From Adineta vaga (lineage: Eukaryota; Animalia; Rotifera): a stretch of DNA of 64,000 nucleotides. Below, in pieces: positions 23,354 through 37,369 of this stretch (position 1 is its first letter; each line of letters starts with the position of its first letter). Position numbers and translations under genes: made by a program. The notes under the pieces were generated by a model, which saw only the letters and a program-made list of their open reading frames with translations, ran no database searches and had not been told where the DNA came from. The stretch lies in the NCBI GenBank assembly GCA_021613535.1, contig CP075496.1, positions 4,650,001 to 4,714,000 on the forward strand, read 5' to 3'.

Positions 23354-26069
23354 TTAACTCCATATATCGAGTAGATAACGACGAGATGTTTCTAATGATT
23401 TCATATATTCATCAATATTTGGTATATCTACAAGAAAATTCACAAAGATTTAGTTTATATATAAAAATAAAATCATTTAATACAAACCAAAATGTTCCTG
23501 AAGAATATGAGCAATCGTCTCTCGTACATCACGAACCATTACTTTAATATCACCACAAACGTATATAATAGCATTTCGATTGTATATTAGATTTGCTAGT
23601 TCGTTACTGTTTGCTCGAAGTTGATCTTGAACGTAACGATACTAATGAAAAAAAAGAGAATATTGGTTAATTTGAAAAGACAAGTCTTGAGTATGGTAGA
23701 CTCTTTCATTGTACTCACAGGATAATTTTCTTCTCTTGAAGCTGCAACAAATAAATGCTTTAGTACATTGATTTGTTGATGCATTTGAATTTGCTCTCTA
23801 AAAGATTCGACATTAAATAAAATGAAAAACATGACAAATAATCATGATACTCGAAAAGAAAATCATGTTGTCGATGACGACAACCATAAAATAGCCATGT
23901 ATTCAAATTATTAACATCAAAACCATCAATGGATTTTGATAAAAGATATCTATAAATATCAAATTATCATATATACTATAGATTCCTTTCGAATTAACCT
24001 ACAGATGTTCAAGAAAACCAATAAATGGTGCTACACCTGTCCCTGGTCCAATCATAATCAATGGCGTATCAAGAGTTGCTGGTAATCGGAAATGTTGACT
24101 AATTCTTGTTTGAATTCCAACTTTCGTTCCTATTTCAATTTCATTTAACCAATTCGTACAAACACCAAATCGTTCATAAGTTCGACCATTTCGTGTCTCA
24201 AATTTCAATACACTATAAACGAATCGAATACATCGTGCATCATCTAATGGTGAACTGAATTAAATAAAACGATTTAATATATATTTTTAAAAAGAAACAA
24301 ATCAATGCATTTAAACCTGCAAATTGAATAAAATCGTGGTAGTAAGGATGGTAAAAATTCTACGTAAAGAATAATTATATATCAATGATTAATGAAACTC
24401 TTATCTATACCAATGAACATTGCAATGTCGGGTTGACAAGTTGGAAAATGATTGAGAATGTCAAGAATAGATAGATGTTCCTCAAGAACATATTTTATAT
24501 AAACCTCTGATCCTTCTTTACTACATAGTTCTTCCAAACGACGTTTTTCATCTTCATCTGTCGTACAATCAACAAATAATCTTAATAGATTCTATGAACA
24601 AAAATCATTATAATAAAACGAATAAGTTGATTTCTTTTCGTTTACTTTTCTCGGTGATGAACGAATATCGATACAGTTTGTTAATGCATATCGTAATGAA
24701 CACATCGATGGTATATGTACTGGTACTTTTGCTGATTTCTTTGTATTATCAGGAGATATACTGATATCCAATTGATGAGATGCTTTATCCAGCCATTGTA
24801 AACTAACGATGAATAATTAGAAGTTACGACAAGAAACGTTTTAAGATAGATGTACCGTTTTAAAAGAAGATTGACTTCATTATCATCATTAGCACAAACA
24901 ATTTTAATTGCATCACCCGGTTCGAAAAGAAATTCTTCTTCCTGAAAATCGAATTTAGATATGACACACGTAACTATGAATTTAACGAACTGAAAGCTGT
25001 AAATCAACAGACATAACAGGTTTTATAGCAGAATCATGAGTTAAACATTGCCGACGAGTTAATATTGAAGTATGAAATTGCGGTTCAGATGAAGATGGAT
25101 GTGCGTTCTTTAAAAAAGAAAGAAAAAACATCAATAAAGACTTGTTTCATTATTTCCAACAATTACTTCGGAAGATTCGATTAATTTTATTGCTAACGAA
25201 TGTGTAGGTTTAGGTGGCAATGTCAATGTTGTCAATTCAGCTAAACTCGATGAATAAGTAATACTATCTTCGGCAGATTTCAACTTATTCGATGACGATA
25301 ACTGACGATCGACTGTTGATTTATTTTCTGTAGTTAAATTCAATTGATTAATGGATTCAGAAAGATTATTTACGATCGGATCAATTGAATTTCCAAATTT
25401 GCCTAAAGTTTCCTTCAAAGCACCCCATAGACCTTGTAGCCAAGGTTCAATGATTGAATCCATACTAGAATTCTCAAATAACTCAAAGAATATGTACGAA
25501 TGAAATTCAGCAGTACCCAACAGCATCATCTGCCCATGCAGATGGATAGAATCGAGTAGCACCAAGTTCTTCAAACCGACGATCCAGTACACGAGCACAG
25601 TTACAAAAATTCGAATAATTCGTATCACCCAATCCTGAATATAGATGAATTTTTTTGTAGCGATTCAGATTGATTTTTGCTCATACCTAACACCGTATAT
25701 TTCATATGAGAGAGAAATTGTGGATTTTTTTCACGACGAATTTTTCGCCAAAATTTACTAGCATTACTTGGTGGTTCACCATCACCCGTCGACGATGTTA
25801 CAATGACCATGACTGGTTCATCTTCTAATTTAAACTGTGATAGACAAAAAAAAAATGAATATTCTCAAAAAATATATATTAAAATCTTCGTATTAGTATC
25901 TTTGAAATAGTTCGAACACTTCTCTCACTTGTTTATCAACTTCATCTAACTCAAAAATGTCGGCGCATATTTGATGTTGATCTGAAGCAATATCACCCAT
26001 GCCTTGAGCAATCGATCTTGATTGACCTGTTTCACTACCAAATCCGAGGAGAAATCTCCACTTTTTCAT
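23354..26069 (-). CDS. MTRR: Methionine synthase reductase (diflavin reductase), multi-exon
   Basis: Flavodoxin motifs FGSETGQS, SSTGDGEPP, LGDTNYSNFCN, WADDAVG...IEPW; FAD motif PRFYS; NADPH motifs MIGPGTGVAPF, YVCGD; ends RYLLDIWS. No N-terminal membrane anchor. Confidence 0.85.
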
Positions 26070-26223
26070 CTTTAACAACAAAAGTACATTCACAAAGATA
26101 TATTAAATAAATTGATATAAAACAATTAATGAGATGTAAATACGTTACAGAACAAACATTGACTAGAGAATTTCAAGCAAGCAAACAAACAAACAAATAG
26201 AAAAGAAAAGATTCATCATCATG

Positions 26224-27934
26224 TTAATCTCGTTTTTTTTCAAGTATTGGTTTCTGACTTTCATCTGGCATTATTGGCCATATTGGAATATCACGTGCAT
26301 CAGCTGGTTTAACAATTCTTTTTATAAACTTCGGTTGGGCTTGGACAATACGTTCTTCATATTCTTCATCTTCTTCTTCGCCAGCACTTTGTTGTCCATC
26401 ATCATTCTGTTCAATAAGTTGTCCATTTTTATCTTTTTTCTTTGAACTCTTTGATTTATTCGATGCATTGTCATTACTTGATGTACAACATAAACAATAA
26501 CATATTAATGATATAACAGATGTTGGAATACCAATAATAAGTAATGATATAAATGGTGCTTCAATAAACATGGAAATAACTGTTCGATAGATTTCCCAAA
26601 ATGGACGAAACAAACGTTTGGACCATGTATCACCTGAATGTTGAATAATGTCTGTATGATTGTTAATAATATAATCAAGAATAGGTTCTAATTGAATATT
26701 ACTATCCATCATTGCTGATAAAGGATAGATGCCATACTTATGTACAACACTATCATAGAGAAAAATCAATGGTTCATCAAGTGTCCATACAGCTAGAAAA
26801 TCAAAGATCAGAAAATTATAGATATATTTATGAATAGTTGACTTACCGATATTACTGAGTAAATCGAGATCATTTGACCAAGAAAATTGGAATGTATCAC
26901 GAAGTGTTGCGAGATGTTTCATAATATAACTACGCATTTGTGTTTTTAATTCATTTCTAAATGAGAAAAATCAAATTTTATATAATTGAATGTTTCGATC
27001 GGTGATAAAAATCCTTTTGAATAATAGAAAACAAACCTTTTCTGTTTTTGTGCAACAATTTCATGTTGATCTTTAAAAGCATAGATAATCACAATTCTTT
27101 TTGTAACAATTAAATCATGTATATTGCCTGATGCAACTTGTGGAAAAGTCGCTACTTTTTCTTTAGCAATAAATTCATCTAAACTATCACTATATTCTTC
27201 TGGTTTGTATAAATAAAATCCTTCGGTTTTTATTGCAAAGATTTGTGAAGTACCATCGGTTTTATATTTAGCAAAATATGTTTGTTGAATAATTGAAACA
27301 TTTGTTGCATAGAAATAAGTTTGACTAAGATATCGATTGACTAGATCTTTATATTGTTTAAATAATTCTTCGTTTTCATCATAAGTCGTTGTGACAAATA
27401 AAAAGAAGACATCATGTTCACGACGTATTTCATTGAATTTAGCAATGGATGGAATCCAACGTAAAGCTGGACCATTGACACGTCGTAGAAATTCTAAAAC
27501 AGCAGGTTTTGATCGTTCATTGTCATATGGAAATATTTGTGAACCACGAATAAATTTTATTGTTGGATAACCACGAACATCATAACGACTAGCAACATCG
27601 GTATAAACAGTAGCATCAATACGAACAATACGAATATTTTTAAATTCATCAACTGATGAAGATAAATCATAGATTTCTTTAGCAATTTCTTCATAAACAG
27701 GTTCAAATTTTCGACAATGACCACACCTAAATCGAAATAAAAATCGGTTACAAATATTTTCAGACAAGAATTTAGAACATGAACAAACCATGGTGCATGA
27801 AATTGAATTAAATAGGCAATGGACGGATTTTGTTTGATTTCGTCGATAATTTTCGAATCCACATCACGTACCCATTTTGCATTAATATGTAGAATACCTT
27901 GAACTAGAAATATCACAAACCAAATAATTTCCAT
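26224..27934 (-). CDS. TMX3: Thioredoxin-related transmembrane PDI, TMX3-like, 4 exons
   Basis: Signal peptide, HAPW|CGHC active site split by an intron, YDVRGYPTIKF, C-terminal TM (PFISLLIIGIPTSVISLICYCLCC) and a KKRD ER-retrieval tail. Confidence 0.85.
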
Positions 27935-28068
27935 TCTATGTTTTAAATTACAACTAAATCTATAAAATAGACAAAAGCATTTCATTTTTTTTTTCTTCTG
28001 TATATACATACAAGCAAACAAGAGAAGATTTTATTGAACAAAAAAGAAAACAATCATGAAAATACAGT

Positions 28069-29151
<1,083 letters not shown>

Positions 29152-29730
29152 TCATGTTTTTATATAATAACTTGAGATTTTATATTTTGCTAAAAACAGA
29201 ACTCGTTAATGGGTTAAACCATGGAAAAGATTGATGTGACGATGCAGATGCAACAGAGAAAAAAAGAGGATAAAGATGAAAGAAAAAGAAGAAAATCCTT
29301 CAAACTTTTTTTCCATTGGCTGACAAATAGGAAAAATCGGTACATAGATGACGCTAATTTATTTTCTTAAAAACATCGCCTTTCTTTTTCGATGATCAAC
29401 AGATTGAAAATAGTTAGGTATAATCAATTGAATTTGAGATCATTCTATATCCTTATCTTATAATTAGTACAATGATATATGAAGAATAAAGCAGATGCAG
29501 AAGCTGAATCAATTAATTTTAATTGTAAAAGTCAAGTTTATTGCAACAAGCACGAACGAAACAACAATGAACTTGATTAAGAAAGACATAAATACGGAAA
29601 AGAAGAAGACAACAATGACAAAATATATTGATAAAGAAGGTAAATATGGCACTCAGAAAAAGAAACAAACGAAGAAAAAAAAACAAATCCCGTCACCATG
29701 TTTATTCATACATTAGTAATATGCGATTGC

Positions 29731-32305
29731 TTATTTTAAAAGAGCTTCAGTAACAACATCGGCATTAAGCGTTTTAAGATCTTGATATTTCTGTCCAGTA
29801 CCAACAAAAACAATGGGTTTGTCTGTTGTATAAGTCATCGAAATTGATGCACCAACTTTATCATCAATTGTATCGAATTTTGTTAAAACAATACCATCGA
29901 TAACACGTGGATTACTTTGTAAACGAGCATGATCGATAAGTGCTTGATTGAATTTAGTTATTTGATCAACAGCTTCATTTCCAACTAAAGCTTCACCAAC
30001 GAATAAAACTAAATCTGGATTATTGACATGAATTAACTATAAAACACAGATATTAAAATACCTATCGAATAAATCAGTAATGAATAATTACTTTAGCTAA
30101 TGCAATCATTAATGGTTCATCATTTTGCATACGACCAGCTGTATCGATTAAAACAACGTCGAACTTTTTATCTTTAGCTAAACAGAATAGATCAAATAAA
30201 AAGTTGTTTTATATGTAAAAATTATCGAAGAAAGATTAATTATGAACACTTGTAGATATGTAACATATGTAAGAAAAAATCTCACTAATCCACACTTAAA
30301 GATACAAGTCCTTCCTATGAATCATTTTGTATGCTAAAATTCTTACCATAGTTTATTGCTTCAGCAGCAATACCAGCTGGATCTTTTCCATAACCACGTT
30401 GATATAATTCAATCATTGGCACATTTTTTTCCGTAAAAATATTATTCAAATGTCGAACATGTGTTAATAATTGTTCAATTGCACCTGCACGAAATGTATC
30501 GCAACCAGCAATTAAAATTCGTAGATTATTGCCACTCAGCCAATATGCTACCTAAAACCATTAGTCAAAAAGTTACAAGTTGAAATATTCGTAATACGAA
30601 ATTACTTTAGATAAATTTGTTGATTTACCGACACCATTTACACCACAAAATGTAATGACATATGGTCGATGTGCTTTTTGTGCATCGACTACATCTCGAA
30701 GAATATCAATACGTCGTTTTGGTGTTAAAATCATCACTAATGTATCTCGCATTGCTTGACGAATATTAGCTGTTAAACTTTCAAAAGAACCCAACGTTTT
30801 TCCAGCTAATTTAGTTGATACTGATTCACAAATTTTATCAGCAACATCAGCAGCAACATTTTTTGCAATTAGATGTTCACGCATAGTTTCAATACCAGTA
30901 CGTAAATCTTCAGCTGTCAGAGTTTTTGATGCAAAAACATTGACTTTTTTCAATTTAGACCAGAAACCATCGACTAAACCAGATGTAAGACTTGCTGATC
31001 TAGAATAGATGAACTATTTTTCATTTTGAAACTATATAAAAATCAATAATACATACTCGACAGCCATTGTTTTTAAATCTCCTCCGTCAGGTCGATCGGC
31101 GATGGGAGCTACATTGATTGGTTGATTATTTTCCTTTTAAAAACATAAAAAAGATTCTAAGTAATGAGATATTCGTTTCTCCAGATACATACCTCTCTTT
31201 TCACACCTGATCGATTCGTATAATCCAATCCAGCTGTATCGATTTTATTTGTATTTGAAGGTGCCTGCATCTTCTTTTGTTTTGATTTATCTTTCTCTGT
31301 TTTTGTTGAAGATTTACTGAAAATTAAATATATAAAAAAAATGAAAATTGAATTTTATTCTAGAATTCTTTTCATACGTTGCTGCTGCTTTTGAAAACTG
31401 TCCTGGTCGTTTTCCAATTGCTTGTAATTTTTCTGCAACTGATAATGCTGTTGGTTGTACTTCTTCCAAAGGAACACGTTCTTTTTCATCTTGATTCGTC
31501 ACTAAATCATCATTCGTTTCTTCAATTGGTTTTTCTTCTTGCTCTTCAATTTCTTCTTCTTCTTCTTCTTCTTCTTCAATGACTTGTTCTTTTTGAACAG
31601 GAGCAACTGATTGTTTACTTGATGTTGCCATTGTTTTAGGTTTTTTCGTTTTGTTTTCATCTGTCGTTTTATCACCTTTTTTAGTTACTATTTTAACGGT
31701 TTTGAGCTTTTTATCAGACTCGTCATATGAGCGTGGTAAGCGTTTTGCTTTTTTCGCTTCATCTTCAGCATTCTCAACTTCAAAAAGAACTTGCTCATAA
31801 GTTTTACGAAATGGAAATGCCCGACTAAATTTTCCTATACGAACAAAAAAAAACAAGAATGATTATAAAAATGAATTCAAAAGTAATCCTTACCATTTCG
31901 TAAATCATCCTTGTATAGATCACGAAACCGTTTTTGTATTTCATCCAAGAATTTATCAGCATACGATATATTCAATGATTTTTGATAACCAACCTAAAAA
32001 GGGAAAGATTAAACATATCGAACTCGAAGAATTATTCAGTTTGGATACATACAACGAAGACCAGTTCGAATTCATTATCTAGTTTGTAATGAATATGATG
32101 TGAACTTAATTGTGCCACCCATTTTTGTGTACTACCTTGACCCTATTCAAAGAATAAGAAAATAAGTCAGAGAGTTAATTGAATTTACTTGTAAAACAGC
32201 TTTATCGATTGCATTATTGACAATTTTGATAAATTCAGTCGCTGATGATGGTACACACCAAAGAACAAAGCCACCTTTGGTAAGAATATAAAAAAAATCC
32301 AACAT
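29731..32305 (-). CDS. SRPRA: Signal recognition particle receptor alpha subunit, multi-exon
   Basis: N-terminal longin [16 protein letters not shown]; NG GTPase [36 protein letters not shown]. Confidence 0.93.
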
Positions 32306-32448
32306 GTTGCAAACAGATGTAAAAGTTGAGAACAAATTAATAAGATCTAAAAAGAATATTAGAAATTATTAAAATTATTTTAAATAATATTATATAAATA
32401 ATAATAAAAATTCATCAGACTTGTTATGAGATGAGAAAAAAAAAGAAA

Positions 32449-33519
32449 TTAGTTAGCTAGCACATTTCTCCGTGGAAATTCACATAGGGGAAGTACTAAA
32501 ATGGATTCTTGAACCATTTCATTTAAACCCAATAACGGATCGGCTGGAACAGGTATATGAAAGTACTGGTAATAATCTACAAAACTTTGTGTTACGGATA
32601 AACCATCAAATAAGACTGTTGATAAAGCGTGATCATATTTAAATGAATAAAGTTGTGAATAAACATTACGTAGCCAACCCGAATGAATTGAAACACGTTC
32701 AAGATGTGTTGAATTTTTGTTTAATTGATAAAGTGTGATACTAACTTGTGTAAAATTAAAATCAAAAAGAAATAAATTTACAGATGAATAATATGTTGTC
32801 GCGCGCGCATGTAAACGAGATTGAAGTTGTTCGAGATGTGTTTGATTAGATGTATGTACACATAGATCTATAAATGGTGGTTGATCAATTGCAAATGTGG
32901 AAGAATATTTGGAAATAAAAAACCGATAATAGGAATGATTACTATGTAATAATGAAGAATAACTTTGAAAACGTGTATATAAATAGAGTGATCGTTGACA
33001 AATGATAAAAAAATTATCTTGAAGTATATCAAATAATTCATGAAGTTGAGTATAATTATCATGTTTGATTTGACGAGATTCTTGTCCAATAATGAAATTT
33101 TCATGAAGAAAATTTTCATTTAATAACGTATTATTTCCAAGAGATTCATGATGATTATTAATATGAACAAATTGAATATCAATACATTGTCGATTCTTTG
33201 AAAGAATCGGATCAAGAAAATAATATTTTTGTATTGCATGAGAATAGAATTGAGCAAGAAATAAACAAATAAAATAGAAAACAAATGTTATCACATAACT
33301 TTGAACGAGTATTTGAGTGAAAATTTTCGACAAATTAAACCATACTGGTCGACGATAATACCATAAAGAAAAATTAATAAAATACGAAGAGAAATTTTCT
33401 ATTGGTACTTCAATATAATTATAAATAAATTCTAATAATTGATCAAGACCATCAATTAATTCATGGACAAATAATGAAAGGTATAAGCGATACCATGAAT
33501 ATTTATAACGTTCGTTCAT
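32449..33519 (-). CDS. Uncharacterised 356-aa protein with one probable TM segment, intronless
   Basis: Long ORF in AT-rich DNA, hydrophobic stretch around aa 70-92, several N-x-S/T sequons downstream. No family recognised. Confidence 0.7.
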   Translation of the reverse strand: MNERYKYSWYRLYLSLFVHELIDGLDQLLEFIYNYIEVPIENFSSYFINFSLWYYRRPVWFNLSKIFTQILVQSYVITFVFYFICLFLAQFYSHAIQKYYFLDPILSKNRQCIDIQFVHINNHHESLGNNTLLNENFLHENFIIGQESRQIKHDNYTQLHELFDILQDNFFIICQRSLYLYTRFQSYSSLLHSNHSYYRFFISKYSSTFAIDQPPFIDLCVHTSNQTHLEQLQSRLHARATTYYSSVNLFLFDFNFTQVSITLYQLNKNSTHLERVSIHSGWLRNVYSQLYSFKYDHALSTVLFDGLSVTQSFVDYYQYFHIPVPADPLLGLNEMVQESILVLPLCEFPRRNVLAN

Positions 33520-33572
33520 AATAAATCATGATCTAAAAAATAAAAATAAAAATGTGGATGATAAGATTCGAT

Positions 33573-34637
33573 TTATTTATTGTCTATGTTATTCCATTTT
33601 GAATGTAGATTTTTTTCAAGTCTTTCAATAACATCACTAGATACAAGTAAAGCTGGGTGTACAGATTTCAATTTGTCATGATTCATTAAAGATAAACTTG
33701 CTAAACTTAAATAGGAATGTAATGGATCCGCTGTTGAATCAGGCCATTTACTAAATCCACCGGTTTGTTTTGATTCAGTTGCATGTAAAAATTTTTGGTT
33801 TTCATCGATATTGATTAAGAAATCTTTTTCAAGTAGTTTTAATGTTGCACCAATCCACCATGAATAACAAGAATCATCAGGTTTATTCGGTCGACCATTG
33901 AAACCTTCCGATTGTCTTTGTAAACACCATCGAATAAGTTTATCTTGATGATCTAAATCATTCAAACGATTCATCAAAGACAAAGCAGCTATCGCACAAA
34001 ATGTTGAACCACCATGTGCTTCAGCACCAGGAACTTGTCCAAATGCATATTCATATGTTCGACATTGAAGAATAAAATTTATACATAAATCTTTATCAAT
34101 ACCAGACCAATCATTCAATATATAAGCAATAACACAAGCACAATAAACAAAACGTAAATCATTTTCAGTTGATAATTGTGTTGCTAGAAATGCACCATTA
34201 GGTAATTGAAGATGACTCAATGATGGTGCTATTTTACTACGTTGAACATTCTCTAAATCATCACCTAGCAATAATAATGATATCAGTGATGCCATTGTCA
34301 TAGTTATATGTACGTGATCATAAGGATTTGGTGTTGTTCGAGATGTAATCGCACATGATGAACCACGAAAACCACAGACTTGAGAATCTGTTATTAATTG
34401 TAAACTGTAAATCCATGAAATAATTTCTGAACCATTGTATGGTAGTGATATTGGTAAAGATTTGAGTAAATCCAACGCACCCAAACTATAGAACACTACA
34501 GTAACACGACTATTATCCAATGAGCTTGTTTGAGTAGGTAATATTGTCAAACAACGTGAGAAATATTTACTGTGTAAAGATAATTTGAAATCATCATTGG
34601 AATTGTATGTGTTTGTCGAATGATTTATTCCTGGCAT
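33573..34637 (-). CDS. PGGT1B: Geranylgeranyltransferase type I beta subunit, intronless
   Basis: Prenyltransferase repeats: GFRGS, ENDLRFVYCA, EAHGGSTFCAIAAL, GFNGRPNKPDDSCYSWWIG, GGFSKWPD...DPLHSYL. Confidence 0.92.
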   Translation of the reverse strand: MPGINHSTNTYNSNDDFKLSLHSKYFSRCLTILPTQTSSLDNSRVTVVFYSLGALDLLKSLPISLPYNGSEIISWIYSLQLITDSQVCGFRGSSCAITSRTTPNPYDHVHITMTMASLISLLLLGDDLENVQRSKIAPSLSHLQLPNGAFLATQLSTENDLRFVYCACVIAYILNDWSGIDKDLCINFILQCRTYEYAFGQVPGAEAHGGSTFCAIAALSLMNRLNDLDHQDKLIRWCLQRQSEGFNGRPNKPDDSCYSWWIGATLKLLEKDFLINIDENQKFLHATESKQTGGFSKWPDSTADPLHSYLSLASLSLMNHDKLKSVHPALLVSSDVIERLEKNLHSKWNNIDNK

Positions 34638-34817
34638 TGGATTATTTCAATAAAAACCTTCAATAGTGAGCATAGAAAGAAAAGTAGATAAATAACTGAC
34701 AGACAAGATACAATACAATACAAGAAGAAAAATAGTAAAATAAAACAAGGACGAATGTTTCGTTGGTTAAATATGGAGAAGAAGAAGAAGAAGACAACTC
34801 AAAACTGATTCATTCGT

Positions 34818-34838
34818 GTAACGTCACGTCACGTCAGC
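34818..34838. promoter_or_regulatory. Tandem ACGTCA (CRE/ATF-like) sites in a probable bidirectional promoter
   Basis: gtaACGTCACGTCACGTCAgc lies between the divergent starts at 34637 (-) and 35001 (+). Confidence 0.45.
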
Positions 34839-35000
34839 AAATTTCATCATCAATAGATGACGCTAACGACAGAGTCAATTGTGAAGAGTTTTCTTTTTTC
34901 AGTATAATATAATCTTTAAAATTGTTAGAACTAAATTTTATTTTTTCATAATCTATGATTCACTTTTTATATCGTACATAGCAACATACAAATTTTATTC

Positions 35001-36172
35001 ATGAAAATTACACAAGCTGATCATTGTTTGAAAAGAATATCAAACAATTTCATAATGAAGAAACGAACATCTCGTCTCTTCACTTCAAATAAACGATCTA
35101 TTACGAAACCGATCCAACATATCAAATCACAAGAACGAAATGCACAAGTAAAAATTCATTTGAAATGAGAATATCTCTCGAATATGTCTAATGTATAGTT
35201 AAAATCATATCTAACACCACAATATCACAACAGTCCTATAAATGATGAACATTCAACAATATCAAATATAAATCCATCGATTGATTTCGAACAAATATCA
35301 ACTAAAGAAAAATTTCAATCTGATTTACAAGATGATGTACAATTAAGTGATATTCTTTCTCAAAAATATCATAGAACTCGTTCAATTACATCATCTTCTT
35401 CAACATCAAAAAATTCTCGTGATGAACCACTTGTAGCTCCTGATACATTAGTGATTGGAAATCTATATCTTCTCAATGAATTATATCCATCGATTGATCA
35501 TGAACAGATGAAAAAAGCTCCATTAGCTTTTCTTGGCGCAGAAAAATTACTTCGAAATCGTATTGATTGGAGAAGAGTTCAATATCCTCTCTCTACTTAT
35601 CATATCGAATTAATTATTGATCTTATTCTTACACGACCATCATTTATTCGAGAAATTCCAAAAGTAACTAATTTCGATGTCTATCGACCATTGATTAAAA
35701 CACTTTCCGGGTATAAGAAAAAGAAAAGTCAACAATTGAACGATAGTTTTCTTTTTCTGATATTCTTAGTCGTTTATTTTTCGATCATGGTGAAAATAAA
35801 GCTGGTATACATCAATGTGATCGAAAAAAAATCAATCGCAAATTTACTATTCAAGATCTTGCATCAATTCATCGTCGTGAATTTCATATTATTAATTCGA
35901 ATACTATACGTGAACAACGTTTTAATAATTTATATGAAAATCTTTTTCCCATTCATTTCTATCAAACAAAATCAAATCAATGGAAAACATATCTGAATAA
36001 ACCAAAATATCATCCAATTAGTACATCAGATATTGTATCTGATATGACATTAGATAATAGTAAAATTCATCATATCAATACGCTGTTAACTTTAAATCGA
36101 ACATTTTCTCCAACAGTAAAATCATCGTCAAGACGAAGTAGTCATTCGAGGAAAAGCATTCATCGTAAATAG
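35001..36172 (+). CDS. Hypothetical protein, 3 exons
   Basis: MKITQADH...RNAQ | intron | LKSYLTPQ...KTLSG | intron | RLFFDHGENKAG...KSIHRK*. The frame is maintained across GT-AG introns. No family recognised. Confidence 0.6.
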
Positions 36173-37369
36173 ATGCATCTTTTTCGTATAATTAATTATG
36201 CACTCATCAGAAATAACAATAACATATGGTCAATATTCACTAGGGAAATTTCTATGTTTCGTTCGATCATGCGTACGATCGAGCTTTCATTTTTTTTTGT
36301 TTGACAGAAAAACTAATTAGATTGATACTATTTCAAAAGTAGCTAAGCTATCACTGACGATCGATATATGAACTTTCATTAATCTGAATCAAATAAAGAA
36401 TATTATAAACTGGTCATTCTTCATGAAACTTCTAACAATGAAATAGATGTCACTCTACTACGTGATATCTTCCATGTAATACGGTCATTCGTTCGCTGAC
36501 CACAAAAAACAGCCATTGTGTTATTGTTATTACTATCATTATCTATATGGAAGCAAAAGAAACAGCTTCCTATTTGCACTTTATTGTTCGTCTCTTATAC
36601 TTTATCTTGTGTTTATCCCATAAATCGTATACTATTCCATTGGTCTCTATTCGAAGAGTCTTTTTTTTCTTCTTGTATAACAAATGATACCATATTAGCA
36701 TGTGTATTTGACATTGAGAATAGAATCATAAATGTAAACAAATTGTTTCATCAATAATATTTGCCTATTATTCATTGACTTTTCTTTCACGCGATTCATT
36801 TGATTGGTACTTAAATTTAATAATAGCGTCTGTTGTTATACGAAGTCATTTTCCCCGTTTAGTTTGACGATAAGGTTACAATTCTTTATCATTTCCTTAT
36901 TAACACGCGTATGTAACAGCAGACAAGCACTGTCTGTAATGAAGAAGAAAAATATCGAAACTTTCTTCTCATTCTGAAAAAAAACAAAATTACTCTTTTC
37001 AAAAAAGTATGAAATCCAGTAACTGTATCGAACACACCTGAGTGATTTTACCCCAACTATCTCATACATATTTTTGTCATACCGACAATCATACGTGTTT
37101 TTTTTAAACATAGAACACATAGCTTAACAGTAACATATTCCTTTATTCCATTCTTTGGAAGAATCGAGTACGACGAATGTGATGATTCATTTAGTTGCTA
37201 TCATTGAGTACATTCTTTTTTCCTTCGATTTTATGTTCTCTCGCTGAAGATTAGAAATCATCGTATTTCTTTTAATGAATACTTTTTCTTTTCAGATCGA
37301 CAATTTTTCACGTTGCAGTCATACTGTTTGGCACATGTTGATTATTTAAAAAAAACGTGATAAAAAAAA

